Below, piece after piece: positions 42,492 through 51,899 of a stretch of DNA of 64,000 nucleotides. The stretch covers positions 84,403-148,402 of the forward strand of contig JBAZRH010000001.1 in NCBI GenBank assembly GCA_041663045.1, in the 5' to 3' direction. The translations under genes and the position numbers were made by a program. This stretch comes from Minisyncoccota bacterium (GTDB taxonomy: Bacteria > Patescibacteriota > Minisyncoccia > Phycocordibacterales > GWA1-40-21). The notes beneath the pieces were generated by a model that worked only from the letters and a program-made list of their open reading frames with translations, had not been told where the DNA came from and searched no databases. Position 1 is the stretch's first letter; the number at the start of each line of letters is the position of its first letter.

Positions 42492-43223
42492 TCATCCATA
42501 CATTGGTATTCCAACATGCTTACTTTCCATCTTTATATCATCAAATTTATTTTCCTGCGAGGCTTCTATTATACCTTGTTTTACAAGCTCTAGCATAGCC
42601 AAGAAGCTCACAATCACATTTATTTTTTCTGATTTCCCCATACCAGAGAATTCTTTGAAACTCATTTTCAAATGGTTTTTTACTCTATCTGTAAGACTCG
42701 TAATCATCTCTTCTAAACTCACCACTTTAGTTATTTTTACCTGTGGTTTTTTTTCAAATTTTGGAAGATTTTTAATAACTTCAAAAATAGCCTTGGCGAT
42801 ACTTTCTTTTGTCATGGAAGAATCCGGCGAGAAGACAGGTTCGAATTTTCTAGTATTTGGAAAAAAGATTATCTTTTTACAGAAATTATTTTTTATATGA
42901 ATACTAAGCTCCTTGATTCTCTTATAGATTTTAAGTTTAAGCTCGAGGTCGTGTATATCACTCTTTTCTTCATCAGTAAGGTTGAGTGTCGGTAAAAGAG
43001 ATTTCGATTTTATGAGAAGTAGTGTAGAGGCTATCACGAGGAATTCTGAAGCATCTTTTATCGGGAATTGTTCTCTATTTTGCAAATGTGCGATAAAATC
43101 ATCCGCGACTTTCGCAAGCGAAATATCATTTATCAAGAGTTTTCTCTTTTCAATAAGCGAAAGTAGCAGGTCCATCGGCCCCTCAAATACCTCCGTTTTA
43201 ATTTTGAATTGATTCTCAGTCAT
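42492..43223 (-). CDS. scpA: Segregation/condensation protein ScpA
   Basis: FEGPMDLLL, EFLVIASTLLLIKSKSLLP, FLAMLELVK. Confidence 0.95.
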   Translation of the reverse strand: MTENQFKIKTEVFEGPMDLLLSLIEKRKLLINDISLAKVADDFIAHLQNREQFPIKDASEFLVIASTLLLIKSKSLLPTLNLTDEEKSDIHDLELKLKIYKRIKELSIHIKNNFCKKIIFFPNTRKFEPVFSPDSSMTKESIAKAIFEVIKNLPKFEKKPQVKITKVVSLEEMITSLTDRVKNHLKMSFKEFSGMGKSEKINVIVSFLAMLELVKQGIIEASQENKFDDIKMESKHVGIPMYG

Positions 43224-43758
43224 TTTTCAGCTTACTATATAGGTATTCATCCGTCATCTTACCATTCTTAAAATAACTTCTTCTCATAATTCCTTCAAGT
43301 TTAAAACCAGTTTTTTCTAAGACTTTTTTAGACCCTTCATTCCAAGGGTATACTGTAGCTGATATTCTGCATATTTTTGTGTTTTTGAAAATATATTCAA
43401 TAAACAATTCTATTGCTTCTGTAATTATTCCTTTTCCCCAAAATTTTTCGTCTAGCCAGTATCCAAAACTCATAGCACTATTATTACTATTTTCTTTAAT
43501 GCTTCCTCCAATTCCACCAGCAAAGACACCGTTTACTTCTATTGCGAGTTTAAGTGGGAATTTTATGATAGTTTGTTCTTTAAGATTTCTCTCAACCCAT
43601 AATTTTGCGTCTTTTTTAGTGTACGGATTCGGCCAACCAGAATACATATTCTTTGCGATTGCTTTATTGTTCGCAATTTTAGCCATAGGATCTATATCAT
43701 CCTTTTTGTATGATCTCAATACACACTTATTTCCTTTTAATATTATTTCTCTCTTCAT
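43216..43758 (-). CDS. GNAT acetyltransferase (RimJ/RimL family)
   Basis: FGYWL...WGKGI.TEA, N.GS.KVLEKTGF..EG. Confidence 0.9.
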   Translation of the reverse strand: MKREIILKGNKCVLRSYKKDDIDPMAKIANNKAIAKNMYSGWPNPYTKKDAKLWVERNLKEQTIIKFPLKLAIEVNGVFAGGIGGSIKENSNNSAMSFGYWLDEKFWGKGIITEAIELFIEYIFKNTKICRISATVYPWNEGSKKVLEKTGFKLEGIMRRSYFKNGKMTDEYLYSKLKND

Positions 43759-43799
43759 TTTATAATTAAAACATCTATAACAACCACAACATTTATAAC

Positions 43800-45197
43800 T
43801 TATTTCTTTTTCTTAATCTCCAATCTCAAATCCCTAAGTTGTTCGGCAGAGACTTCTCCAGGGGCGTTCATCATTAGGTCCTTACCCTCACCGTTTTTTG
43901 AGAAAGCGATAACTTCGCGAATATTCGGTTCGTTTTCAAGAATCATAATCATCCTATCGAGTCCCCAGGCAATACCGCCATGCGGAGGTGTACCAGCACT
44001 CAAAGCTTTCAGCATATGGCCATATTCTCTCTCAATCTTTTCTTCACTGTATTCCATTATTTCGAGCACCTTCTTAAGCGCTTCGGGCTTATGATTTCTG
44101 ATACTTCCGCCACCCATTTCAGAGCCGTTCAATGCTATATCATATTGCGAAGCGACTATCTTTTCTATATTTTTCTTATTCATAAGATCGTCAAAAGATT
44201 CTGGTTTTGTTCCCGAAAAAGGATTGTGTGTAAATGTCCATTTGCCGTCCTCACCTTTTTCAAACATTGGAAAGTCTACAATCCAAGCAAATGCCAATAA
44301 ATCCGGATCATTTTTATCTGTCCTTATATCAGGTTTATCAGAGCCGTATTTCGCCATCGCCTCGGCGTACGGAATCTTTGGAAAAGGAATTTGCTGAATT
44401 TTCTTCTGAGGATACAAAGTCTTCACTACTTCTATAATAGCTTTTTCATTTACAGCCATAACATCTTCTTCTGTGGCGAAGCTCATTTCTAAGTCCATCT
44501 GGGTGAATTCTGGTTGTCTATCACCTCTTGAATCTTCATCTCTATAACACCTTGCAAATTGAAAATATTTTTCAAATCCTGAAGCCATCAATATTTGCTT
44601 GTATTGCTGTGGTGACTGCGGAAGGGCGTAGAAATTGCCCGGCTCCAATCTTGAAGGGACCAAGAAATCTCTTGAACCTTCTGCCGTGGCGACAGTAAGG
44701 CTTGGAGTTTCCACTTCGCAAAAACCCTCCTTCTCCAAAATATTTCTGACAAGAAGCATTACTTTATTTCTATTTCGAATATTTTTCTGCATCCTCGGTC
44801 TTCTCAAATCCAAATATCTGTATTTCAAACGTGCATCTTCTCCTACATCCATGCCGTCACCACGTACATCTATCGCCGGAGTTTCCGCTTCATTTAATAC
44901 AGTCATGAAAAGTATTTCCACTTCTACTGCGCCATTTGCCTCATCTTTATTTACCATCCTTTCCGGTCTTGCATTTACTTTACCTGTAACTTCTACAACC
45001 CATTCAGGACGAACAGTATTTGCTAAAGTATGGGCTTCTTTGTGATTTGGCAATGCCACCATCTGCACCTTGCCGGACATATCACGTATATCTATGAAAA
45101 TAAGTTTTCCGTGATCACGCCTTACATCCACCCAGCCTTTTATGAGGACTTCTTCCCCCACCTTTCTCGCCAATTCTTTTATATATGTTCTTTGCAT
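43800..45197 (-). CDS. aspS: Aspartate--tRNA ligase, compact (GAD insertion largely absent), probably non-discriminating
   Basis: GWVDVRRDHGKLIF (His typical of ND-AspRS), RYLDLR, ALPQSPQ, YRDEDSRGDRQPEF, PPHGGIAWGLDR. Confidence 0.93.
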   Translation of the reverse strand: MQRTYIKELARKVGEEVLIKGWVDVRRDHGKLIFIDIRDMSGKVQMVALPNHKEAHTLANTVRPEWVVEVTGKVNARPERMVNKDEANGAVEVEILFMTVLNEAETPAIDVRGDGMDVGEDARLKYRYLDLRRPRMQKNIRNRNKVMLLVRNILEKEGFCEVETPSLTVATAEGSRDFLVPSRLEPGNFYALPQSPQQYKQILMASGFEKYFQFARCYRDEDSRGDRQPEFTQMDLEMSFATEEDVMAVNEKAIIEVVKTLYPQKKIQQIPFPKIPYAEAMAKYGSDKPDIRTDKNDPDLLAFAWIVDFPMFEKGEDGKWTFTHNPFSGTKPESFDDLMNKKNIEKIVASQYDIALNGSEMGGGSIRNHKPEALKKVLEIMEYSEEKIEREYGHMLKALSAGTPPHGGIAWGLDRMIMILENEPNIREVIAFSKNGEGKDLMMNAPGEVSAEQLRDLRLEIKKKK

Positions 45198-45202
45198 GTT
45201 AT

Positions 45203-45475
45203 TTATAAATTAACTTTATTATTTCTATAATGAAAAGCTAAAAACAATACCAACCAAGAGCCTATTACTCCCGGTATAAAACTCAAGATAATTATAATGT
45301 CATTTATACTGAAACCATAGATCGTCCATAATAAAGTGCCTATTCCAAATGTAAAATATGTAGCAAAAGAGATATTTTCACCGGATTTTGACCTATATAT
45401 TTTATAGGCCTGCGGATAATATCCTAAAGACATTAATATACCTAAGATGGTTGTAGCGATTTGTAGTATGTTCAT
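45203..45475 (-). CDS. SemiSWEET/PQ-loop small transporter
   Basis: 90 aa, 3 TMs, YPQAYK, ISF, LWTIYG. Confidence 0.8.
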   Translation of the reverse strand: MNILQIATTILGILMSLGYYPQAYKIYRSKSGENISFATYFTFGIGTLLWTIYGFSINDIIIILSFIPGVIGSWLVLFLAFHYRNNKVNL

Positions 45476-45477
45476 AA

Positions 45478-46080
45478 CTATTTTTTAATTCTATTAACCC
45501 ACCATTGGTCTTCTTTGTCTTCAAACCACCACTTATCGGAATCTGTTATTAATATACTTTCTGCCAGTGTCTTTGCTTCGTCCGTCTTCAACCTTTTAAC
45601 CGCACTCTTTATCCAAGACAATGCTCTTTTATTCCCTATGTCCACCTGCTCTTTTAGGGACATAATAAATTCGAGATTATCTGCATCTTTTGCTATCTTT
45701 GATTCAACGGTCTTCCTATCCTCATATTCTTCAATAGCCTCTTTTATCTTTGAACCAAAGAATATTTGCGAAGTCAGATCCTTAACCGCCCCCTTCTCAT
45801 CTCTTTTATTATATTTTTGATGCACATAATTTAAATCAGAAACTCTAGCCTCGGCCAAATCATGAAGTAGACACATATTTAATATTTTAGCCGAATCCAC
45901 ATTTTCCGCCATATTCGCAAGTGACATTCCTATATAACAAACCCTGTTGATGTGTTCTGCGACGCTTTGCTCTCCACTACCAAGAAAGAAGAAACCACTT
46001 CTAGGTGTTTTTGCCAACATCCCCGTCTCAAATAAGAAATTCGTTACTGACTCTAATTCTTTTTTCTCTAATTTCTTCAT
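45478..46080 (-). CDS. HD-domain phosphohydrolase (YfbR/HDDC2-like)
   Basis: PRSG, QSVAEH, LLHDLAEAR, KDAD. Confidence 0.88.
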   Translation of the reverse strand: MKKLEKKELESVTNFLFETGMLAKTPRSGFFFLGSGEQSVAEHINRVCYIGMSLANMAENVDSAKILNMCLLHDLAEARVSDLNYVHQKYNKRDEKGAVKDLTSQIFFGSKIKEAIEEYEDRKTVESKIAKDADNLEFIMSLKEQVDIGNKRALSWIKSAVKRLKTDEAKTLAESILITDSDKWWFEDKEDQWWVNRIKK

Positions 46081-46094
46081 TTCAATTTTATAAA

Positions 46095-46334
46095 TTATCC
46101 TTTAATATTATTTTTAACCCATCTACCTACTATCCAATTTATTATTTCTTTGCGATCCGTGTCTGGCGCGTCTTTTAATGCTTCACCGATTTCTTCCCCT
46201 AATGCATTTGGCATTTCCTCACTTCCGCTAACTATTTCTAAATACCTATCGAATTGTCTATCCGTAAGTTTTAAATATGTCTTTACCTCCTCATCTTGTC
46301 TCTCTGGCTTAAGCCATTCTTTAAAAGCTATCAT
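46095..46334 (-). CDS. Hypothetical 79-aa protein
   Basis: First ORF after the T-box terminator, tightly spaced with the HD gene; no motif recognised. Confidence 0.55.
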   Translation of the reverse strand: MIAFKEWLKPERQDEEVKTYLKLTDRQFDRYLEIVSGSEEMPNALGEEIGEALKDAPDTDRKEIINWIVGRWVKNNIKG

Positions 46335-46351
46335 ATTTATTTTATTAATCT

Positions 46352-46551
46352 TAAATTAAATTGCCCTCGCAAAAATCAAACTAAATCGTTTGGTTTTTGC
46401 GAGGGCGAACGAGTTCGCGGTGCCACCTCACTTTGTTCTCACTTGCCCGTTCGGATTTCTTTCCGAAGAAAATTGTTCGGGTTTTCGGGGCTCTACTTGC
46501 TTTTCAGCTTTCTTCCCCAAGCTCCACCGTGTTTGCGGTTTCAATGCTTAT
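46352..46551 (-). ncRNA. T-box riboswitch (ultra-short Stem I, Asn specifier, transcriptional)
   Basis: GAGG-UGGCACC-GCGAAC-UC-GUUCGC-CCUC antiterminator, overlapping terminator 46361-46408, Stem I 46519-46549 with loop CAAACA. Confidence 0.85.
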
Positions 46552-46557
46552 CTTGAC

Positions 46558-46586
46558 ATTATAATACCTAAATCTAAAGTATGCAA
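46558..46586 (-). promoter_or_regulatory. Sigma-70 promoter of the T-box leader
   Basis: TTGCAT-N17-TATAAT on the minus strand. Confidence 0.8.
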
Positions 46587-46592
46587 TACAGT

Positions 46593-48377
46593 TTATTTAT
46601 CAGATATAAACCCGCCAGACTGAATTGTCCAGAGCTTATTATATAAACTACTCTTTGAATTTATAAGATCACCATGTGTTCCTTCTTCTGTTATTCTGCC
46701 TTCTGCTATAACCACAATTCTATCCATTTTCTTAATAGTTGAGAGTCTATGCGCTATCACTATAACTGTTTTTCCCTTCATTAAGTTTTCGAGTGCGTTT
46801 TGAATTAGCATCTCTGATTCAGAGTCTAAACTTGAAGTAGCCTCATCTAAGATCAGGATAGGTGCGTTTTTAAGAATCGCTCTAGCAATAGCAATTCTTT
46901 GTCTTTCTCCACCGGAAAGTTTTATTCCCCTTTCACCGACAAAGGTATCATACTTCAAAGGCAGAGAGTCTATAAATTCATTACAATGTGCCAATTTAGC
47001 AGCCCTAAAGACTTCTTCATCACTGGCGTTTTCTCTGCCATATCTTATGTTTTCAAGTAAAGTTCTGTGAAAGAGTATTGGGTCTTGAGGAACCAAACTT
47101 ATTTGACTGTGTAAACTTCTCTGGGTAACTCTTGATATGTCTTGATTGTCGATTTCTATATGGCCGGACGATAGATCATACAAACGTAATATCAATCTAA
47201 TCAAAGTTGTCTTACCGGCTCCCGAAGGGCCAATAAATGCGATTTTTTCTCCAGCAGAAATTTTTAAATTAATATCTTTAAGTACTTCTCTGGTTTCATT
47301 AAAATTGAAGCCGACATTTTTGAGACTTATCTCCCCAGAGACGATTTTTAGATCTTTAGCTTTTATGACATCTTTGACCTCGTGTGGCGTCAGAAGTATC
47401 TCTACCATTTCTCTTGAGTCGGCAAGGCTTTCATATATTCCACGCACTATTCTGTTGAGTCCCCAAAGCCTTTGTGCCAGTGCTATGATATAGACTTGTA
47501 TAAGGACAAAAGTACCTATTGTTGCAAGTCCTTTACTCCAAAATATAGTTGTATAATAAAACGCCAAAAACTCAACCACAGAGATTAGTACAATTTGTAC
47601 AGCATCAGTTAACTGGCCTAAATTCCAAGAGAATCTGGTTTTCTCTGCTTGATCATTTGTAATTTCTTTAAAGTTATTTGTCTCTTTTTCATAGGTAGTA
47701 AATAAAGTAATCGCGTTGTGATTTGTTATGTTGTCAGAAAGTACTCCTGTAACATATGAATCTGTCGAGGATACTTGTATATCATATTTCATTTTCCACC
47801 TCGAAAACAAGACATTGAAGGTAGAGTATGAAATCACCCAAAGTATTATGACAAGAGAAATCAACGGCGCTACAAACCAGGTTACTATCACAGACCCAAT
47901 AATTGTGATTATGAGCGGGACTAAGTTAAATGCAAAACTGTCGGAGAGTCTCTCAAAAGACCTGCTAAATCTATTGACTCTTTGTACCAACGATCCAGTA
48001 AAATTATTTGTAAAGAAACTATAAGAATGTAGCATCATATAGTCAAATGAAATCTGTCTAAGCCTAGCCATAACCCTAGATTCCATGATGTTATAAATAA
48101 ACATTCCGCTTTGAAAGAATAATATACTTATTATGTTTAGGACGGCGATTATTATTATTGTATAGACTAGTGTATGAATATCATCTGTTTTGTTCTGTAT
48201 ATTGCCCAACAAATCAAAAAAGCGTTTATAAAATAATGGTGTGAAGATACCTATAACAGTTGCTGAAATGAGGCAAAAATAACTAATAAAAAACAGCAAT
48301 CTGTATGGCCTGACACCGTACCAGAATTTTTCATATATCTGTCTATTGGAAACTGTATTTTCCTTTTGTTTATTCAT
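46593..48377 (-). CDS. ABC exporter, fused permease/ATPase
   Basis: TM domain + GPSGAGKT, LSGGERQR, ILDEATSSLD, IAHRLST. Confidence 0.95.
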   Translation of the reverse strand: MNKQKENTVSNRQIYEKFWYGVRPYRLLFFISYFCLISATVIGIFTPLFYKRFFDLLGNIQNKTDDIHTLVYTIIIIAVLNIISILFFQSGMFIYNIMESRVMARLRQISFDYMMLHSYSFFTNNFTGSLVQRVNRFSRSFERLSDSFAFNLVPLIITIIGSVIVTWFVAPLISLVIILWVISYSTFNVLFSRWKMKYDIQVSSTDSYVTGVLSDNITNHNAITLFTTYEKETNNFKEITNDQAEKTRFSWNLGQLTDAVQIVLISVVEFLAFYYTTIFWSKGLATIGTFVLIQVYIIALAQRLWGLNRIVRGIYESLADSREMVEILLTPHEVKDVIKAKDLKIVSGEISLKNVGFNFNETREVLKDINLKISAGEKIAFIGPSGAGKTTLIRLILRLYDLSSGHIEIDNQDISRVTQRSLHSQISLVPQDPILFHRTLLENIRYGRENASDEEVFRAAKLAHCNEFIDSLPLKYDTFVGERGIKLSGGERQRIAIARAILKNAPILILDEATSSLDSESEMLIQNALENLMKGKTVIVIAHRLSTIKKMDRIVVIAEGRITEEGTHGDLINSKSSLYNKLWTIQSGGFISDK

Positions 48378-48401
48378 AACCTATATAGCTTAACGGGGTT
48401 T

Positions 48402-49412
48402 TTAATATAGTTCCACCCCGACTTTCTCCCTCACTTCTTTCATTTTTTTCTCCACTCTTGCGCGAGCGCGAGCGCCGCCAGCTTTTAGTATGTCAAGCAC
48501 GGTGTCAATATCTTTGGCGAGCATCTCTCTTTTTTCGCGTATTGGTTTTATAAATGCCGACAAATCTTTGATAAGTGATTCTTTTGCTTCTTTGTAGCCC
48601 ATACCACCTTTCTTGTATTTTTCTGCCAGAGCTTTTTGGCCGGCTTCATCCAAAAGCAATCTGTGAATTGCGAATATTATGGATTCCTCTGGATTTTTCG
48701 GTTCATCAACACCTTTTGAATCTGTTGGTATGCTCATCACGGCTTTTTTGATTTCTGCATCTGTGGCAAAAAGCGGTATGATATTGCCATAACTTTTGCT
48801 CATCTTCCTGCCATCTGTCCCTGGCACGGATTCTACATTGGGAATTATGAATGGTTCTGGTAGCTTGAATGTCTCACCAAAAGTGTTGTTGAACTTTTGT
48901 GCGATATCACGGGCGTATTCTAGATGTTGCTTTTGGTCCTGACCTACTGGCACGATATCGGAATCTTGTATAAGAATGTCAGCAGCCATAAGTATCGGAT
49001 AATCAAATACTCCGACATTGATTTCTTTATTCTTCGCTTCGGCATCTTTGTAAGCGTGCGCTCTCATAAGATACGGCACCGTGGTAATACAGTTGAAAAT
49101 CCAAGCGAGCTCTGCAACCTGTGGAATATCGGACTGTTTGAATAGGCAAACTTTCTTCGGATCAAGGCCGATGGCAAGGTAGTCAAGTGCCACGTCAAGT
49201 ATCTGCTTTGACATTTCTTTTTTGTCCTGAACCGTAGTCATAGCATGATAATCGGCAATGAAAATATGGCAATCATGCTCACCTTGCATATTGACAAACT
49301 GCTTCATAGCACCAAAATAATTGCCCAAATGCACCGTGCCCGTCGGCTTTACCCCAGAAAGTAATATCTTCCTTGCCCCGTGTGAATTCCCGCTTTGTTT
49401 TTGATTTAACAT
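48402..49412 (-). CDS. trpS: Tryptophan--tRNA ligase
   Basis: SGVKPTG.VHLGNY, YPILMAADIL, VPVGQDQKQH, KMSKS. Confidence 0.97.
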   Translation of the reverse strand: MLNQKQSGNSHGARKILLSGVKPTGTVHLGNYFGAMKQFVNMQGEHDCHIFIADYHAMTTVQDKKEMSKQILDVALDYLAIGLDPKKVCLFKQSDIPQVAELAWIFNCITTVPYLMRAHAYKDAEAKNKEINVGVFDYPILMAADILIQDSDIVPVGQDQKQHLEYARDIAQKFNNTFGETFKLPEPFIIPNVESVPGTDGRKMSKSYGNIIPLFATDAEIKKAVMSIPTDSKGVDEPKNPEESIIFAIHRLLLDEAGQKALAEKYKKGGMGYKEAKESLIKDLSAFIKPIREKREMLAKDIDTVLDILKAGGARARARVEKKMKEVREKVGVELY

Positions 49413-49559
49413 ATCTTCAATATAGGTTATTTATATCTAATAGTAAACTGACATTATTTATAAGAATTCTTTACGGGGTTTGTATTTGTTTTCATCCGAT
49501 TAATAATATCAGATATAGTCTTTTTTTGAAAGTTTAGATAAAGATGTTGACGTGATTTT

Positions 49560-50237
49560 CTAGGATTTTCCTAGGGTCATAATCTTTAGATATTCATTTA
49601 CAAAATCTTTGACACTAGGACTAGTCCCCCAAAGATTCTGGGCTTTGATTAATTTGTCCTGTAATTCAGGATAAAATAGTTTTTCTTCTATTTCAATAAT
49701 TTCTCTAAATTGAGGTAAATTTAGGATTATTACATTAAATATTTCTGATAATTCCCATAATATTCCAGAGTTTTTATTCAACCCTTTAATTTGATCAAAA
49801 AAGTATTTATCCAAATATTCAAAGAAAGCAAAATGAAGCGATTCATGAAAGATGACTTCAAGAGCATGTTTCAAATCTTTCTTCCAGTAGATTTGGAAAG
49901 TTTTCGTCTCTGGCCACCTAGGATTACAATTAAATATAGAAAGGTAACCATGATAAGTATTTTGACTAAAATCAATATCAAATAATTTTGTTAATTCACC
50001 AAAAAAATGTTTTTGCTTTTCTTCTAAAATTTGTTTAATTCCTTTTTGCTTTTTAAGCATATCTGATTTTTTAGCAGTATAAAAATCATCAATGTATTTA
50101 TTGTAGTTTTTCAGGTTTATTTTAGGATGTTCTTTTTTAATTAGTTCTCCAAAGTTCGCTCCAGCTACAGAAAAATCCCAAAAGTCAGCATAAACCTCGT
50201 AATCTAATTGTTTGTTTAAATCTATTTTAAACATCAT
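49560..50237 (-). CDS. Hypothetical protein with HExxH zincin-like motif
   Basis: IFHESLHF with downstream WELSE. Confidence 0.65.
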   Translation of the reverse strand: MMFKIDLNKQLDYEVYADFWDFSVAGANFGELIKKEHPKINLKNYNKYIDDFYTAKKSDMLKKQKGIKQILEEKQKHFFGELTKLFDIDFSQNTYHGYLSIFNCNPRWPETKTFQIYWKKDLKHALEVIFHESLHFAFFEYLDKYFFDQIKGLNKNSGILWELSEIFNVIILNLPQFREIIEIEEKLFYPELQDKLIKAQNLWGTSPSVKDFVNEYLKIMTLGKS

Positions 50238-50239
50238 TC

Positions 50240-50277
50240 AATAATAAAGCCCCCTTGTGTTTTAAGCAAGGGGGCCG
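50240..50277 (-). terminator. Terminator after radical SAM gene
   Basis: GCCCCCTTG-N9-CAAGGGGGC-TTTATTATT on the minus strand. Confidence 0.7.
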
Positions 50278-50296
50278 GCTTCCTTTCTCTTGAACT

Positions 50297-51715
50297 TTAG
50301 ACTCTTTTGTACAGGTCCCAGATCAACCATTTGAGGGTCGCTAGGGAGTGAATACAGAAACGGTCGTCTACAGACCAGATACTGCCATTTCGTAGCCATG
50401 ATCCATAAGCACAACCACCACCACAGATACCGAGGGCAGGACACCCAAAGCACTGTGGCATGTTCAAGGGCGTTCGTCTTTTCCACTCACTAATCACGGG
50501 ATTGTGGTGAAAATCGAAGTTTTTCGATACTTTGGCAAAGAAGAATTGCTTAGCACCGATACCTTCATGACAAACACCCAAATGACCATCAGGTGTACAG
50601 ACGAGCTGAGCCCCGAGAGCTTGGCAATCATACGCATGGATACGTTTTTCCATAAAGGACTTTGCCTTACGCATTATTCTGTCTTCGTACACCCCTTCCT
50701 TCCGAGCGAGTTTGAAGTACTCGATCATTCGTTTGGAAACACGTTGCATATATTCTAAACTCACCGTATTGTTTGCCGTATCGACCAGAGGATTCAGGTT
50801 GATTGAGGCAAAGCCATACCTACGATGAAGCTTGAGAAGTGATGGTAGATTGTCAATGTTGTGTTCTCCAACAGTTGTTGAGAGAGAAACGTCTTTCTTG
50901 CCACCAACCCCCTTCAGAAGCTTCACACCCCTTATCGCTTTGTTGAATGATCCGCATCCACCTACGCATATCCTTTCGGTGTCATGAATTTTCTTTGGAC
51001 CATCAATCGATATGGCGATATCGATGTTATCGTGAGCTCCGATAAACCGAGAGATTTCCTCGGTTATCATCGTCCCGTTAGAGACAATGGCTAATCGTAG
51101 CTTTGGTCCCAAGGCGACAACTTCATTCTTGTAAGCAGATTCGATGTATTCCACCGACTGCTTGATCAGAGTGAAGTTGAGGAACGGTTCTCCCCCATAG
51201 AAGAAAATCGTCTTCTTGAGACCGGTATATTCGGGCGGATTGAGTGATAGGTTCCGAAAGAACATGTCAATCGCTTCTTTCGCAACCCTAAACGACATCA
51301 TGCTAGGGCGATATCCCTCTGGCATATTGTTGTTGATGAAGCAGTAGCGACATCGGAGATTACAACTGTCGGTCACAATGAGATAAAGCGTCTCAAGGCC
51401 AGGAGGTAGAACATGAATTCTCCTCTTTTCCTCAAGTAACTTTACATCATCGCTTTCTACAGCCACAATCATTCCGGTCCGCCAAAGTTCTTTTATCACT
51501 CGAACCATCTCTTTCGAGAACATAGGGAACTTTTGATGAAGGTGCTCTGTCGTTGTTCCCAAATGTAGCAATTCCACAACCTGCAGGTATTTCTTTCGAA
51601 GAAACACCAGTTCCATGTTCAGCGAGTGGTAAAGGGCAATGTGACCTCTACCTTTTTCACAAAACAGGTGTGTCCACGAGGACAATCTCATAGATAGATT
51701 ACGTATTTTTTTCAT
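50297..51715 (-). CDS. Radical SAM/SPASM-domain peptide maturase
   Basis: CNLRCRYC, FYGGEP, ISIDG; SPASM C...G.LGVC...CFGCPALGICGGGC...FC; about 100-aa N-terminal extension; AAAGGAG SD. Confidence 0.93.
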   Translation of the reverse strand: MKKIRNLSMRLSSWTHLFCEKGRGHIALYHSLNMELVFLRKKYLQVVELLHLGTTTEHLHQKFPMFSKEMVRVIKELWRTGMIVAVESDDVKLLEEKRRIHVLPPGLETLYLIVTDSCNLRCRYCFINNNMPEGYRPSMMSFRVAKEAIDMFFRNLSLNPPEYTGLKKTIFFYGGEPFLNFTLIKQSVEYIESAYKNEVVALGPKLRLAIVSNGTMITEEISRFIGAHDNIDIAISIDGPKKIHDTERICVGGCGSFNKAIRGVKLLKGVGGKKDVSLSTTVGEHNIDNLPSLLKLHRRYGFASINLNPLVDTANNTVSLEYMQRVSKRMIEYFKLARKEGVYEDRIMRKAKSFMEKRIHAYDCQALGAQLVCTPDGHLGVCHEGIGAKQFFFAKVSKNFDFHHNPVISEWKRRTPLNMPQCFGCPALGICGGGCAYGSWLRNGSIWSVDDRFCIHSLATLKWLIWDLYKRV

Positions 51716-51743
51716 CTACCATTCTCCTTTCTAGTTTTGGTTT

Positions 51744-51780
51744 AAAAAAAGAGGCTGGACGATACGCACGTCCAAGCCTC
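51744..51780 (-). terminator. Attenuator/terminator between precursor peptide and maturase
   Basis: GAGGCTTGGACG-TGCGTAT-CGTCCAGCCTC-TTTTTTT. Confidence 0.8.
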
Positions 51781-51800
51781 AGCCCACGAAGAGCGTCTCA

Positions 51801-51899
51801 TTAGCATGAGCATCCGCACTGGCACTTGCTCAGTGCGACTTTGCCGAGATCGATTTTGCCGATCACGGATCTTCGCTTGGCACTGCCTATCTTTTTCAT
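51801..51899 (-). CDS. Putative RiPP precursor peptide, 32 aa, C-terminal CxCxCxC (not in ORF track)
   Basis: MKKIGSAKRRSVIGKIDLGKVALSKCQCGCSC*; AGAAAGGG purine-rich RBS; TTGACG...TACGCT promoter candidate at about 51962-51990. Confidence 0.8.
   Translation of the reverse strand: MKKIGSAKRRSVIGKIDLGKVALSKCQCGCSC

Noticed and set aside
42379-42900. Short ORFs with similar peptide strings (EEFFSKKISV, KFLAKNYAC) at 42379, 42389, 31308 and 59794
   Set aside because: They are translations of the non-coding structured repeat or shadows of scpA/dnaK, not a protein family
48392-49482. ACGGGGTTT direct repeat on both sides of trpS as a target-site duplication
   Set aside because: Only 9 bp, flanks a housekeeping gene and has no mobility gene; likely chance
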